From: Orbicella franksi
Lineage: Eukaryota
Assembly: GCA_964199315.1 (NCBI GenBank)
Contig: OZ116701.1
Location: 13,702,001 to 13,766,000 of the forward strand
Direction: 5' to 3'
DNA: 64,000 nucleotides
Part shown: positions 1 to 14,066 of the stretch, piece after piece
Layout: each line of letters opens with the position of its first letter
How positions within the stretch are numbered: position 1 is the first letter of the stretch
The notes under the pieces: generated by a model
The model's input: only the letters and a program-made list of their open reading frames with translations
Databases searched by the model: none
Told to the model about the DNA's origin: nothing
Position numbers and translations under genes: made by a program

Positions 1-877
1 TATGATAAATATTCAGTGGGTAAAGTTTGAACAAAAATCTATTGGCAGTTCTATTTCAGGGGAATTACCTTAAACTTGAGTGCTCGAAAATCGAAAAAAA
101 AAAAACATTTTGCGTGTTGCTGGCTAGTTTTGTAAAGTTCTCATATGTCTCGAGTGCTTTCTCATCCTGGGTTTGCTGAGTGAAAAACATTATTGATTAC
201 ATTTCTTTATACTCTCGATAGTATGCTTTACTTTTGGAATTGAACCAAATGGCAAAGTGTTTATAGACTGAAAGACGTGTGCCCAGTTTCTCGTATTGCG
301 TGTGTAGTCTTTTGCTGTACAATTGAGAAGGTCGTAATCTTTTAAGTTGTAACTTATCTTCCTACTTTTTTTTTTTTCTCCCAACCTGGTCACACAAATT
401 CACAAAATTTTAATAGCGTTTTAGGACTACCGTGTGGTACGATATTTTTGCAAGTTCTAATTTTTGTGATTTTTCCGCTTTTTTTCCACAATCCGCAAAA
501 ACAAGTTCCCGTGAAAAAAAGTTCCCACAAAAATTTCTCCGCAAAAATTTACTCTACTGACGGAATTACACGTACAAACATCACATGTGCAAACATCTCT
601 ATCGTTTCTATCGTCCCGGCAGAAACAAAATCAGGGGATATGCATCAAGTTGTACCTTAGTTTTTGCTGATCAATTTCCAGAGCAGTCAGTCACCCTGGG
701 CAAGATGAAGTTGCTGGTTTTAAGACAAAGCAAACTCGAACTTGTGACGCAACTCGTAAATCATGGGTCAGGGGACGAGATTGCGACTCCAGGCTCACTC
801 GTTTCGTCAAGCTTGCGCAGTAGGGACGAAAACTAGAGGAACGAGATTAGAAATCCGTTCCTTTGGTATTTCTAAAT

Positions 878-1060
878 CTCGATAGAATACTCAATTGTAG
901 GCACTGGACAATATTCGATAGCAGGTGGTACAAATTGCAATTGGAAGTGTTGAATTTCGATCACCAAATCGAAGTGAGTGTATTTTTTTTTCTGTTTTAT
1001 CTATTTTATCGCCCCGTTTTATTTACAGCATGTAAATGGAATTTCAGTATTAATGCCAGT
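878..1060 (+). repeat. Older internal duplication within the tandem unit (paralogous to ~1729-1910)
   Basis: atctcgatagaatactcaatt...caggtggtacaaattg...tttcgatcaccaaatcgaa aligns with atctaggtagaatactcaatt...caggtggtacaaattg...tttcgatcatcaaatcgaa at roughly 80% identity by eye. Confidence 0.8.
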
Positions 1061-3099
1061 TGCTCAGGGATCCCCCACATCCGTTTAGAATATGAATAAA
1101 AGATTAACCTTCCTTTTTCGTGCGTGTTTTGTGTTTTGTGGCGGCCATTTTGAATTGTTTAATACGCGGTCTGCTATTGGGAGGTCTGGAACCGAAGTTA
1201 CTGAAGTCTGGGATGGGCGGGAAAATTCGCAAATTCTCGGAGGGAGCCGATCGCTCACCGAGAATAATCTTAGAGCTTCGAGTAGGCTCCGAGCGATTTC
1301 CGTAATTTAGGTTCCAGGCCTCGCACTAGCATATCGCACGTATTAAATTCAAAATGACCACCACAAAACACAAAACACGCGCGATTATTCTAAACGGATG
1401 TGGGGCTCCCTGTGCCGATTGCAAACAAACGACATGAAAACGACAGGATTGGAAGATAATAACTATTTTCTATACCAACCCTTCAAGAGTCTTTCTTTAA
1501 TATGAAAGGAATAATTGTCTTTACTGGCCTCTAGTGTTTTGTAACATAAGTATATTCCTTACTGGAATTAGAAGATAGCTGCTGGATACCAAAAACACCG
1601 TCCCTATTTAGATATAAATATTTTCTCTTTTTCATGCTTTACTCTAAAACAAACAGAAGATGGACAACAGAAGACAAGATTGGAAAACAAAGAAGAATAT
1701 TGGAAATTCGTTCTTTGGACAGTTATTCTAAATCTAGGTAGAATACTCAATTTTATGCACAGCATAATATTGGATATCAGGTGGTACAAATTGTAAATTA
1801 AAAGTGGGAATTTCGATCATCAAATCGAATTGAGTGGTTTTCTTGTTATGTCTATTTTATCACGCCGTATTATTTTCGGCATACAAATGGAAGTTTCAAT
1901 ATTAATGCCGACTGCAAACAAACGACAGGAAGTTAGTAAGTATTTTCTATACCACCAACAGATGAATTGTCTTAACTGACCTCCGTTTGTTTTTCAGACG
2001 AGTAGTATGAGTAGTATCAGATAAGGAATTAAAATATAGCTGCTGGATGTGGATTGTTGTTTTTCAGCGTGTTTTTCCAGCAAAAACACTGCGTTTTGTT
2101 AGTTATAAATATTCTCTCTACCTCGTCCTATATGCTAAACCAAACAGGAGATGGTGTCCCTATGTTTTCTAATAAAATAATGCACTTTTAAGGTCTAGAA
2201 AAACTGCTAGACGAACTCTTGTTCCCCTTTTGCATCCACTAACAGTTTTTATAGACGTCAAACGAGTATTATTTCTTCGGCAACATGGAACACCACCTAT
2301 TATTTGGTGAGGATAATCTGATCATTTCCTTGACTCCTGTTACCCTTACCCTCAATAATTCAATATAAGAATAACAAGGTTATATCCTTCAAACCGCGGG
2401 AGCAGAAAAATAAGACGAAAATACATACGTTAACTGGCTTGAGCGGGATACTGTTTTTGAAACAAACGTGTAGTGGACTCAACTTCCCATTCAGTACCAG
2501 GCTTGTTTCCCTCGGCTCCCTCGGTGACGTACGACTACCACCAAATAAAAAAAATACCCAATATATAAAAAATCTAACAATGTAGAAAAGCCAAACAAAC
2601 ATGACAATAAGTGTTACTAAAAATAGGAAATATAATTTACAATTCAGGATCGACTAAAACTTACCTTTTTTCATTTGGTATAAATTGTAGGTCTTGTTAT
2701 TGTTGATAAACTTATAACAAAGACCAGTGTTGACTTCTAACTGTCAAAAAGGAATCAATAACGGAGCAACAGCCTTGTTACGCGCTTCATTTGAAAATGA
2801 AGGTAGCTGGCGTCAAATGAGCTGCTATTGTCTCGGACTATAATTTTGGACGAATAACAATAAATTAAATTTCAACTTTACAATTTCCATTTTGCTTACT
2901 TTGTTAGGAAACCGAAAACAAACTGAAGAGCTTTTTTCGTTAGAGATAGTCGTTGAAGAGGGGTGGCTGCTGGTGGAGGTTCAACTGAGTTTGCTGGTAA
3001 CGCATATGTATTGAAGGCCAGCGCCACTGTTTGCTAGTTTCATCTTAATTTTGTAGCAGTTGAAAATATTATAGTGACTGCGTGTTGACCTCTACCTCG

Positions 3100-5230
3100 A
3101 TTAGGATCACTACCTTGTTCGTAGTGGGGTGGCTTGTGTCTTGCAATGACTGATAGAGCTATGTGGGCGGGGGTCTTGTATTCCTGGTAGGGTCAACCAT
3201 GCCGAACGGGTCGAAGGATAGGAGCCAGACAAAGAGTGATCCCCTGGTCCTCCAGGCTGGGGGTTGGGCTGAGGGTTGATAACCTTCCCCCATAAAAAAA
3301 ATTTATAGATAGATTAGAGAAACCAGAAGCAGAGAGAATTTACTGCAACATCAAAGAGACGCTGTGGCCGTATCTCGTAAGAGGAAACCAATGACCCACG
3401 GGGACCAAACACAGCAGGACGTCCCCGGGCCACCTAGGCCACTACACCCTAATTACAAACTGAAAGTTGGCAACTGGAATGTTCGAATGCTTTACAGAAG
3501 TGGCAACATCGCACAGGCAGCAAGAGAGATGAAGAGGAAATGTATTGACATCGTGGGCATCAGCGAAACTTACTGGACGGGACAAGGAAAAGTGCAACTT
3601 GCAGAAGGAGAAACCACAGTTTACTCTGGAAGAGATGTTGACAACCACAGACAGGGAGTAAGTATATTGATGTCAAAAAGTACTGTTTGAGCTCTGATGG
3701 AGAACACCCCTATCAGCGAAAGAATAACTCAAGCCAGATACTATTCCAGATATATAAAGCTTACAGTCATTCATGTATACACACCCACAGACAATACAGA
3801 GGAACAAGCAAAGGATGAGTTATACACAAGATTGCAAGATGTTATACATGCTGCAGATAATCATGATATGATTATAGTTACTGGAGACATAAATGCTTAG
3901 GTTGGACACGAAAACCATAACCATGAAAGAGTGATGGGAAAACACCGACTGGGCAGAGGGACGAGAATGGAGAAAGACTTTGTGAAATATATGATATGAA
4001 AGGGCTATTTATTACAGGAACCCTGTTCCCGCACAAAACCATCCACAGAGCAACATGGGTGTCGCCTGATGGACAGACCAGGAATCAGATCGACCATGTC
4101 ATCATGAACAAGCGATTTAGGAATTCAGTGAATAACACAAGAGTCTACGGGTCTGCAGATATTTAAAGTGATCATTATCTTGTGAGTACGACGATCAAAC
4201 TAAGGTCGAGGAAGGCACCGAAAGAAAAGGTTGAATGTAGAGTGAAGTATAACACGACTAAGTTGGAAAATGAGCAGGTGCTAAAGACATTTAAGAAAAC
4301 TTACGTAATGGGTATCAGGCCCTAGAGAATGAAGAACCAGAAGTTAAAGAAGAAGTAGAGAGACTTTCGGTGATGAAGAAGGCATACATAGAAGCAGCAG
4401 AAACAGTATTGGGCAGGACTATAGGAGAAGGCAGGGGAACAACAGACCAGGTTTTCATTCTGCGAAATATGATCGAGCAGACAAAAGAGTGGCAAGCTGC
4501 GCTCTGTTTGAACTTGATGGATTTTGAGAAAGCCTTTGATTCGATCCACAGGGAAAGTTTGTGAGAGATCATGGGGAGGTATTACATTCCGGAGAAAATA
4601 GTGAAAATGGTCAAAGTGTTTTACGATGGCTTCAGGTGCGCGGTGGTGGATAAGGGGGGAGATATGTGAAGGGTTCGACATTCGACCCACAACTGAGTAA
4701 AGCAAGGGTGAAATATGTCTGGATTCTTGTTCCTGATCATAATGGACTGGGTGACGAGAAGAACAGCTGGATATGGCGCGAATGGCATTAGATGGAGGTT
4801 TACATCCAAACTTGATGACTTAGATTTCGTAGATGATATAGCTCTAATTTCCTCTACCAAAAAGTAGATTCAAGAAAAAAACAACGAAGCTAGAAGAGGA
4901 AAGCAGTCGAGTGGGGCTCGACGTCAATACAGTTAAGACAAAAGTGATGAGGATCAATGCAAGAAACCTACTATCCAAAGGAACACGTGCGTTTGTCAGA
5001 CTGAAGAACACATGGAGTTCCAATAGCATCTCAAGGGTAAGAAAGTTGAGACTGTATAAGACACTGGTGCTGCCGGTACTGCTATACGAAAGCGAGACGT
5101 GGAAAATGAACAAGGGAGATGAAAGAGCTCGTGGGAGGAAACGAGAACGATCGCAGCAGACCGAGAAAAGTGGAGAACCTTTGTAAAGGCCCTATGTACC
5201 ACGAAGTACGAGGAGGACAGGTGAAGGTGA
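3100..5230 (+). mobile_element. Degenerate RTE-clade non-LTR retrotransposon (APE endonuclease + RT remnants, internally deleted)
   Basis: Endonuclease motifs LKVGNWNVR and DIVGISET; RT pieces LMDFEKAFDSIHRE and LDFVDDIAL; C-terminal WRTFVKALCTTKYEEDR* followed by an (AGGTGA)2 tail. Multiple stops and frameshifts. The 5' boundary is approximate. Confidence 0.88.
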
Positions 5231-6549
5231 ACGTGTGTTCGACTCCAAATGACTTGAAGGTTGTGGAGAGCAATTGATTAAGACTATTTGCAACTTTGGC
5301 TTTAACAAGATAAGTAAATTACTATTTCTTTCATTTTCTAACGAGAGAAAAAACGAGGGAAGACTGAGGCGAGGAAGCGCGAAACTTCTGGCCTCAGTCT
5401 CCCCGTTTTTTTTCTCTCTCTCTCGCCTGCCTATTTTTTCGCTCGTCCCCAACTACCGAGAGCCAGTAACAGACTACTCTCATCTGTGTAATTTCAGTGA
5501 TGAACCTTACCTCGAGTACGGTTTGTTTTGGAAAGTTCATGTACAGCGAGCAGATTTTACTTCACTGTTGCCATGGTTTTAGTTCTTGACTCAACATCGA
5601 ACGTGTTAATATAAAACCAAAGACTTCGCGCGGCAAAAGTTCCACGTGTCTCGATCAAAAACGTTCAAGTTATAAAAAATGTCACCTGTCGGCCAACTTG
5701 GTTCTGTATAGAGAAATACCATACCCCAGCTTTTCAGTACAGTTCGTCGCCGTTACGGACCTTCCAGTCCACAAATAACGTGTATATACCGCTCTGTTGT
5801 TGTGTTTTTGGTTTTTGTTGTGTTCTTATCATTGTCAGATCGTTTTTCAGAATAGCGTCTTAAGAATTATACACGTGATTGTGAGTCTGAAAAGCTGAAG
5901 CCAATTAACTAAAAACTGCATCGGTGATTCCAGACGAACTTAGACATTTCTTGTTTTTACAATCAATTAATGACTTTGCGACACCTGCCATTTTGGGTTT
6001 AACTTATTCAGTATTATACGTTTTTTTCTCATTAAAGCTATCTGCTCGTTAAAATATTGTGACGTCCCCGAAACATGAACCCGCGAAAATGCTAAGACAA
6101 GCTTGTTGAAGCCGAACGTTACGTTGGTTTACTTTATTCGACATTTTAGCCCTCGGAAAAAAGTGCTCCTTTTGGTATTTATTTCGGTATCTCTAGCGGT
6201 TAGTAACTTTCCCTCAGGCTGTCAAGTCTGTTCAAACCTGAGCGACAACACTGGACATAATTCCTATACTCCTTAAAAATTCTTTCACATTGCTTTATTG
6301 CTTATTGTGTGAATTAAACTTCAGGTCTCTTGGGTAATATACTTTTCTGAGACGGATTTGAGTTAAGTTTTCCAAGTAAATAGACGATTGGCCTGCGGCA
6401 TATGTTTTCAGTAGATCGTTTGACACACGTCAAAACAAAAAAAGCCAGCTCTGAAGGAGTCTTAACGGACTAGACCCATTTGAATATTTTACGTTAGCAT
6501 GTAATTTTTGACCTTCAAGAGCCAATCATCGCCATAAACTTAAACCATT

Positions 6550-6846
6550 GCCCGCAAAGCTAAATAGTTTTAAGTATTCTTTCTTTGTAAATATAGTTAA
6601 TGACTGGAATAATTTACCTAAAGATGTTGCGGAGGCAGAAAGTCTAAACATGTTCAAGAACAGGCTCAGATGCCATTTTACTAATGTTTTAGAACATTTT
6701 TGAACTTTTTATTGTGAGTTTTATTCAGATGTAAATTTGCGTTTTTAATTATTTTGGGAGTCAGACTCGAAGGGAATAACCTCTTTTGTCTCCTTTTTAC
6801 CTATCGTTCCATACGAATGTAAATTTGAATTTGAATTGTGAATAAA
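6550..6846 (+). mobile_element. 3' fragment of a CR1/L2-like LINE (also at ~15386-15682)
   Basis: Translates as FKYSFFVNIVNDWNNLPKDVAEAESLNMFKNRL, the typical CR1-group RT C-terminus, followed by a short (aatttg)n-like tail. Confidence 0.65.
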
Positions 6847-6971
6847 CAGTAATGTATATAATATTATTCACATTCATGAAGGCGCCATATGCATTTAGGG
6901 CATGTAACCTGAGTGTCGATCTTGGGGGAAACATCTGTCATTAAAACTGCAGGTAACCATATCGTAGAATA

Positions 6972-7901
6972 ATGGCGAGAGCAAACTTTACTGGAAGTGA
7001 GAAACACTCTCAACCTGTCGAACCACTGAGATGTTCGACTAACTTTGTTGATGGCTCATTCATATATTTTACAGCATTCAACATTTTTCTATCCATTACT
7101 GCATTCGTTGGGAATACTCTGATCCTAGTCGCCCTTCAAAAGGACTCTTCCCTTCATCCGCCGTCCAAACTCTTGCTTCGCTGTCTGGCAACAACTGATC
7201 TCTGTGTTGGTCTTATTACAGAACCTCTCAATGTTACCTATTTGATTTCCTTGGTTTACGAAGAATGGAATTCACTTTGCCGCTATGTATTAGTCTCATC
7301 TAATATAGCAGGCTATAGTTTATCCGCAGTGTCTTTGTTGACAGTTACTGCAGTAAGCGTGGACAGACTTCTCGCCCTGTTGCTGGGCCTGAGGTACAGA
7401 CAAAAGGTAACTTCGAAGCGAACATCCGTCATTGTTGTTATCTTTTGGGTTGTCTCCCTTGCTGCTGCTACATCGTACATTATAAATCCTGTTATAAACT
7501 TTTGGTTGGTCGTTATAGGTATATTGCTTTGTGTAGCAGTCTCGTTCGTCTCCTACACAAAGATTTTCCTTGTACTCCGTCAACACCAAACTCGAGTGCA
7601 AGACCCACAACAACCCAGCCAAGCAATTTCACTGAATATAGCGCGATACAAGAAGGCAGTGTCCAGTGCACTATGGGTGCAGTTAGCATTATTTGCTTGT
7701 TATCTACCATTTGGTATAGTAAGAGCTACGATTAATAATGGTAAGCTATCGCCATCCCGTTTTCTCGCTTGGGAACTTGCAAAGACTTTGGTTTACCTTA
7801 ACTCGTCGTTAAACCCGTTTCTTTACTACTGGAAGGTTGGTGGAGTAAAACAAGCAATAAAGGAGACAATCAGACAAGCAGTTTGCTGTTTGTCGAATTA
7901 G
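6972..7901 (+). CDS. Intronless class A (rhodopsin-like) GPCR, cnidarian-expanded adenosine/melanocortin/amine-receptor-like type, 309 aa
   Basis: Seven hydrophobic segments; GN in TM1, LATTD in TM2, DRL (DRY-like) after TM3, CYLP in TM6, NPFLY (NPxxY) in TM7. Confidence 0.93.
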   Translation: MARANFTGSEKHSQPVEPLRCSTNFVDGSFIYFTAFNIFLSITAFVGNTLILVALQKDSSLHPPSKLLLRCLATTDLCVGLITEPLNVTYLISLVYEEWNSLCRYVLVSSNIAGYSLSAVSLLTVTAVSVDRLLALLLGLRYRQKVTSKRTSVIVVIFWVVSLAAATSYIINPVINFWLVVIGILLCVAVSFVSYTKIFLVLRQHQTRVQDPQQPSQAISLNIARYKKAVSSALWVQLALFACYLPFGIVRATINNGKLSPSRFLAWELAKTLVYLNSSLNPFLYYWKVGGVKQAIKETIRQAVCCLSN

Positions 7902-10900
7902 TTGTTTTCCAACTAATTCATTTGTTATCCTGTACGACGTAAAGCTAAACATAAAGATAGTTGAAAAAAGGAAAACAGATCAATGATGTATTTTCTTTTT
8001 GCTTAGTCTTATCGCAAGTAACCTGGATTATTTTATAGTATTGAACTATTTTGAACACCGGAAGTATATAAAGCAAGGGAAAACATCTGCGGCACTTTTT
8101 CTTTTGTGTAGTTAAGCAAGACTTTCTTGATGCTGCATTACCAAACAATAACACCGGACGTTTTAGTACATTAGTTCGCCTGTTGAATGTGTATCTAAGT
8201 CTCATTTTTGACTTTATAGGATAGTTGCAGGAATTGTCTTATGAGCATATCATCTCTGTTAAAATTTGGGATTTAGTCTTAAATTATAAATGCCCAAACA
8301 AAAGTGTTTTTTCTGTTTTTATGGCTTTATTTATGATTTTCATGAATTTACTTCGGTGAAATCTTCCAAAATTTTTACATCACATCGCTTCCAGCGGGAT
8401 ACGAATTTTAAACACGAAAAAAGTACGGTTTGTAAAGGCAGTTTTCTCGATATTTTTAAATTTATGTCCTTTACTAATCGTTAGCTTTGCGTGAGAAAAG
8501 ACTGATCTGATTTCTATGTTTGAAAATTGAATAAATATGAAAAATAGCAGCTGCACTGTAGTCTCTTCTATTTTGCAGGTTGATAGCCGTGGCAAGCAAT
8601 CATTATAACAAGGATTCAGCTGTCTGTCAAAATCAAACTTAAAAAGTTTATTTGTGTCCGACACAAGTATTGACTGTAGTTTGAGGCGTGAGTCTGGGCT
8701 CTCAAAGAGTTTAAATAACTTGGAATGTGTTCTTGTAACAAGCATTAAACAATGCTAAAATGGGACATTTTTAATACCTCACTGCTCCTTAACGAGCATG
8801 GGCACCCCCCTTTTTTATTTTATAATTAAAGTTCTCATATGATAAATATTCAGTGGGTAAAGTTTGAACAAAAATCTATTGGCAGTTCTATTTCAGGGGA
8901 ATTACCTTAAACTCGAGTGCTCGAAAATTGAAAAAAAAAAAAAAAACATTTTGCGTGTTGCTGGCTAGTTTTGTAAAGTTCTCATATGTCTCGAGTGCTT
9001 TCTCATCCTGGGTTTGCTGAGTGAAAAACATTATTGATTACATTTCTTTATACTCTCGATAGCATGCTTTACTTTTGGAATTGAACCAAATGGCAAAGTG
9101 TTTATAGACTGAAAGACGTGTGCCCAGTTTCTCGTATTGCGTGTGTAGTCTTTTGCTGTACAATTGAGAAGGTCGTAATCTTTTAAGTTGTAACTTATCT
9201 TCCTACTTTTTTTTTTCTCCCAACCTGGTCACACAAATTCACAAAATTTCAATAGCGTTTTAGGACTACCGTGTGGTACGATATTTTTGCAGGTTCTAAT
9301 TTTTGTGATTTTTCCGCTTTTTTTCCACAATCCGCAAAAACAAGTTCCCGTGAAAAAAAGTTCCCACAAAAATTTCTCCGCAAAAATTTACTCTACTGAC
9401 GGAATTATACATACAAACATCACATGTGCAAACATCTCTATCGTTTCTATCGTCCCGGCAGAAACAAAATCAGGGGATATGCATCAAGTTGTACCTTAGT
9501 TTTTGCTGATCAATTTCCAGAGCAGTCAGTCACCCTGGGCAAGATGAAGTTGCTGGTTTTAAGACAAAGCAAACTCGAACGTGTAACGCAACTCGTAAAT
9601 CATGGGTCAGGGGACGAGATTGCGACTCCAGGCTCACTCGTTTCGTCAAGCTTGCGCAGTAGGGACGAAAACTAGAGGAACGAGATTAGAAATCCGTTCC
9701 TTTGGTATTTCTAAATCTCGATAGAATACTCAATTGTAGGCACTGGACAATATTCGATAGCAGGTGGTACAAATTGCAATTGGAAGTGTTGAATTTCGAT
9801 CACCAAATCGAAGTGAGTGTTTTTTTTCTGTGTTATCTATTTTATCGCCCCGTTTTATTTACAGCATGTAAATGGAATTTCAATATTAATGCCAGTTGCT
9901 CAGGGATCCCCCACATCCGTTTAGAATATGAATAAAAGATTAACCTTCCTTTTTCGTGCGTGTTTTGTGTTTTGTGGCGGCCATTTTGAATTGTTTAATA
10001 CGCGGTCTGCTATTGGGAGGTCTGGAACCGAAGTTACTGAAGTCTGGGATGGGCGGGAAAATTCGCAAATTCTCGGAGGGAGCCGATCGCTCACCGAGAA
10101 TAATCTTAGAGCTTCGAGTAGGCTCCGAGCGATTTCCGTAATTTAGGTTCCAGGCCTCGCACTAGCATATCGCACGTATTAAATTCAAAATGACCACCAC
10201 AAAACACAAAACACGCGCGATTATTCTAAACGGATGTGGGGCTCCCTGTGCCGATTGCAAACAAACGACATGAAAACGACAGGATTGGAAGATAATAACT
10301 ATTTTCTATACCAACCCTTCAAGAGTCTTTCTTTAATATGAAAGGAATAATTGTCTTTACTGGCCTCTAGTGTTTTGTAACATAAGTATATTCCTTACTG
10401 GAATTAGAAGATAGCTGCTGGATACCAAAAACACCGTCCCTATTTAGATATAAATATTTTCTCTTTTTCATGCTTTACTCTAAAACAAACAGAAGATGGA
10501 CAACAGAAGACAAGATTGGAAAACAAAGAAGAATATTGGAAATTCGTTCTTTGGACAGTTATTCTAAATCTAGGTAGAATACTCAATTTTATGCACAGCA
10601 TAATATTGGATATCAGGTGGTACAAATTGTAAATTAAAAGTGGGAATTTCGATCATCAAATCGAATTGAGTGGTTTTCTTGTTATGTCTATTTTATCACG
10701 CCGTATTATTTTCGGCATACAAATGGAAGTTTCAATATTAATGCCGACTGCAAACAAACGACAGGAAGTTAGTAAGTATTTTCTATACCACCAACAGATG
10801 AATTGTCTTAACTGACCTCCGTTTGTTTTTCAGACGAGTAGTATGAGTAGTATCAGATAAGGAATTAAAATATAGCTGCTGGATGTGGATTGTTGTTTTT

Positions 10901-11935
10901 CAGCGTGTTTTTCCAGCAAAAACACTGCGTTTTGTTAGTTATAAATATTCTCTCTACCTCGTCCTATATGCTAAACCAAACAGGAGATGGTGTCCCTATG
11001 TTTTCTAATAAAATAATGCACTTTTAAGGTCTAGAAAAACTGCTAGACGAACTCTTGTTCCCCTTTTGCATCCACTAACAGTTTTTATAGACGTCAAACG
11101 AGTATTATTTCTTCGGCAACATGGAACACCACCTATTATTTGGTGAGGATAATCTGATCATTTCCTTGACTCCTGTTACCCTTACCCTCAATAATTCAAT
11201 ATAAGAATAACAAGGTTATATCCTTCAAACCGCGGGAGCAGAAAAATAAGACGAAAATACATACGTTAACTGGCTTGAGCGGGATACTGTTTTTGAAACA
11301 AACGTGTAGTGGACTCAACTTCCCATTCAGTACCAGGCTTGTTTCCCTCGGCTCCCTCGGTGACGTACGACTACCACCAAATAAAAAAAATACCCAATAT
11401 ATAAAAAATCTAACAATGTAGAAAAGCCAAACAAACATGACAATAAGTGTTACTAAAAATAGGAAATATAATTTACAATTCAGGATCGACTAAAACTTAC
11501 CTTTTTTCATTTGGTATAAATTGTAGGTCTTGTTATTGTTGATAAACTTATAACAAAGACCAGTGTTGACTTCTAACTGTCAAAAAGGAATCAATAACGG
11601 AGCAACAGCCTTGTTACGCGCTTCATTTGAAAATGAAGGTAGCTGGCGTCAAATGAGCTGCTATTGTCTCGGACTATAATTTTGGACGAATAACAATAAA
11701 TTAAATTTCAACTTTACAATTTCCATTTTGCTTACTTTGTTAGGAAACCGAAAACAAACTGAAGAGCTTTTTTCGTTAGAGATAGTCGTTGAAGAGGGGT
11801 GGCTGCTGGTGGAGGTTCAACTGAGTTTGCTGGTAACGCATATGTATTGAAGGCCAGCGCCACTGTTTGCTAGTTTCATCTTAATTTTGTAGCAGTTGAA
11901 AATATTATAGTGACTGCGTGTTGACCTCTACCTCG

Positions 11936-14066
11936 ATTAGGATCACTACCTTGTTCGTAGTGGGGTGGCTTGTGTCTTGCAATGACTGATAGAGCTATGT
12001 GGGCGGGGGTCTTGTATTCCTGGTAGGGTCAACCATGCCGAACGGGTCGAAGGATAGGAGCCAGACAAAGAGTGATCCCCTGGTCCTCCAGGCTGGGGGT
12101 TGGGCTGAGGGTTGATAACCTTCCCCCATAAAAAAAATTTATAGATAGATTAGAGAAACCAGAAGCAGAGAGAATTTACTGCAACATCAAAGAGACGCTG
12201 TGGCCGTATCTCGTAAGAGGAAACCAATGACCCACGGGGACCAAACACAGCAGGACGTCCCCGGGCCACCTAGGCCACTACACCCTAATTACAAACTGAA
12301 AGTTGGCAACTGGAATGTTCGAATGCTTTACAGAAGTGGCAACATCGCACAGGCAGCAAGAGAGATGAAGAGGAAATGTATTGACATCGTGGGCATCAGC
12401 GAAACTTACTGGACGGGACAAGGAAAAGTGCAACTTGCAGAAGGAGAAACCACAGTTTACTCTGGAAGAGATGTTGACAACCACAGACAGGGAGTAAGTA
12501 TATTGATGTCAAAAAGTACTGTTTGAGCTCTGATGGAGAACACCCCTATCAGCGAAAGAATAACTCAAGCCAGATACTATTCCAGATATATAAAGCTTAC
12601 AGTCATTCATGTATACACACCCACAGACAATACAGAGGAACAAGCAAAGGATGAGTTATACACAAGATTGCAAGATGTTATACATGCTGCAGATAATCAT
12701 GATATGATTATAGTTACTGGAGACATAAATGCTTAGGTTGGACACGAAAACCATAACCATGAAAGAGTGATGGGAAAACACCGACTGGGCAGAGGGACGA
12801 GAATGGAGAAAGACTTTGTGAAATATATGATATGAAAGGGCTATTTATTACAGGAACCCTGTTCCCGCACAAAACCATCCACAGAGCAACATGGGTGTCG
12901 CCTGATGGACAGACCAGGAATCAGATCGACCATGTCATCATGAACAAGCGATTTAGGAATTCAGTGAATAACACAAGAGTCTACGGGTCTGCAGATATTT
13001 AAAGTGATCATTATCTTGTGAGTACGACGATCAAACTAAGGTCGAGGAAGGCACCGAAAGAAAAGGTTGAATGTAGAGTGAAGTATAACACGACTAAGTT
13101 GGAAAATGAGCAGGTGCTAAAGACATTTAAGAAAACTTACGTAATGGGTATCAGGCCCTAGAGAATGAAGAACCAGAAGTTAAAGAAGAAGTAGAGAGAC
13201 TTTCGGTGATGAAGAAGGCATACATAGAAGCAGCAGAAACAGTATTGGGCAGGACTATAGGAGAAGGCAGGGGAACAACAGACCAGGTTTTCATTCTGCG
13301 AAATATGATCGAGCAGACAAAAGAGTGGCAAGCTGCGCTCTGTTTGAACTTGATGGATTTTGAGAAAGCCTTTGATTCGATCCACAGGGAAAGTTTGTGA
13401 GAGATCATGGGGAGGTATTACATTCCGGAGAAAATAGTGAAAATGGTCAAAGTGTTTTACGATGGCTTCAGGTGCGCGGTGGTGGATAAGGGGGGAGATA
13501 TGTGAAGGGTTCGACATTCGACCCACAACTGAGTAAAGCAAGGGTGAAATATGTCTGGATTCTTGTTCCTGATCATAATGGACTGGGTGACGAGAAGAAC
13601 AGCTGGATATGGCGCGAATGGCATTAGATGGAGGTTTACATCCAAACTTGATGACTTAGATTTCGTAGATGATATAGCTCTAATTTCCTCTACCAAAAAG
13701 TAGATTCAAGAAAAAAACAACGAAGCTAGAAGAGGAAAGCAGTCGAGTGGGGCTCGACGTCAATACAGTTAAGACAAAAGTGATGAGGATCAATGCAAGA
13801 AACCTACTATCCAAAGGAACACGTGCGTTTGTCAGACTGAAGAACACATGGAGTTCCAATAGCATCTCAAGGGTAAGAAAGTTGAGACTGTATAAGACAC
13901 TGGTGCTGCCGGTACTGCTATACGAAAGCGAGACGTGGAAAATGAACAAGGGAGATGAAAGAGCTCGTGGGAGGAAACGAGAACGATCGCAGCAGACCGA
14001 GAAAAGTGGAGAACCTTTGTAAAGGCCCTATGTACCACGAAGTACGAGGAGGACAGGTGAAGGTGA
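11936..14066 (+). mobile_element. Degenerate RTE-clade LINE, duplicated copy
   Basis: Same sequence and same lesions as 3100-5230 at +8836. Confidence 0.88.

Larger units (their letters stand above)
1..8837. repeat. Tandem segmental duplication unit, copy 1 (~8.84 kb; may start upstream of the window)
   Basis: The sequence at position 1 (tatgataaatattcagtggg) recurs at 8838 and 17674. Every ORF in the track recurs at an offset of +8836 to +8839. Confidence 0.97.

Noticed and set aside
190-2602. Short ORFs of 60-83 aa (and their duplicates in copies 2 and 3)
   Set aside because: Mostly non-ATG starts in repeat-derived DNA with no domains. Their recurrence only reflects the duplication.
3070-3300. 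HDV-like ribozyme at the RTE 5' end
   Set aside because: RTE elements can carry one, but I could not assemble P1, P1.1, P3 and J4/2 consistently by eye. A descriptor search is needed.
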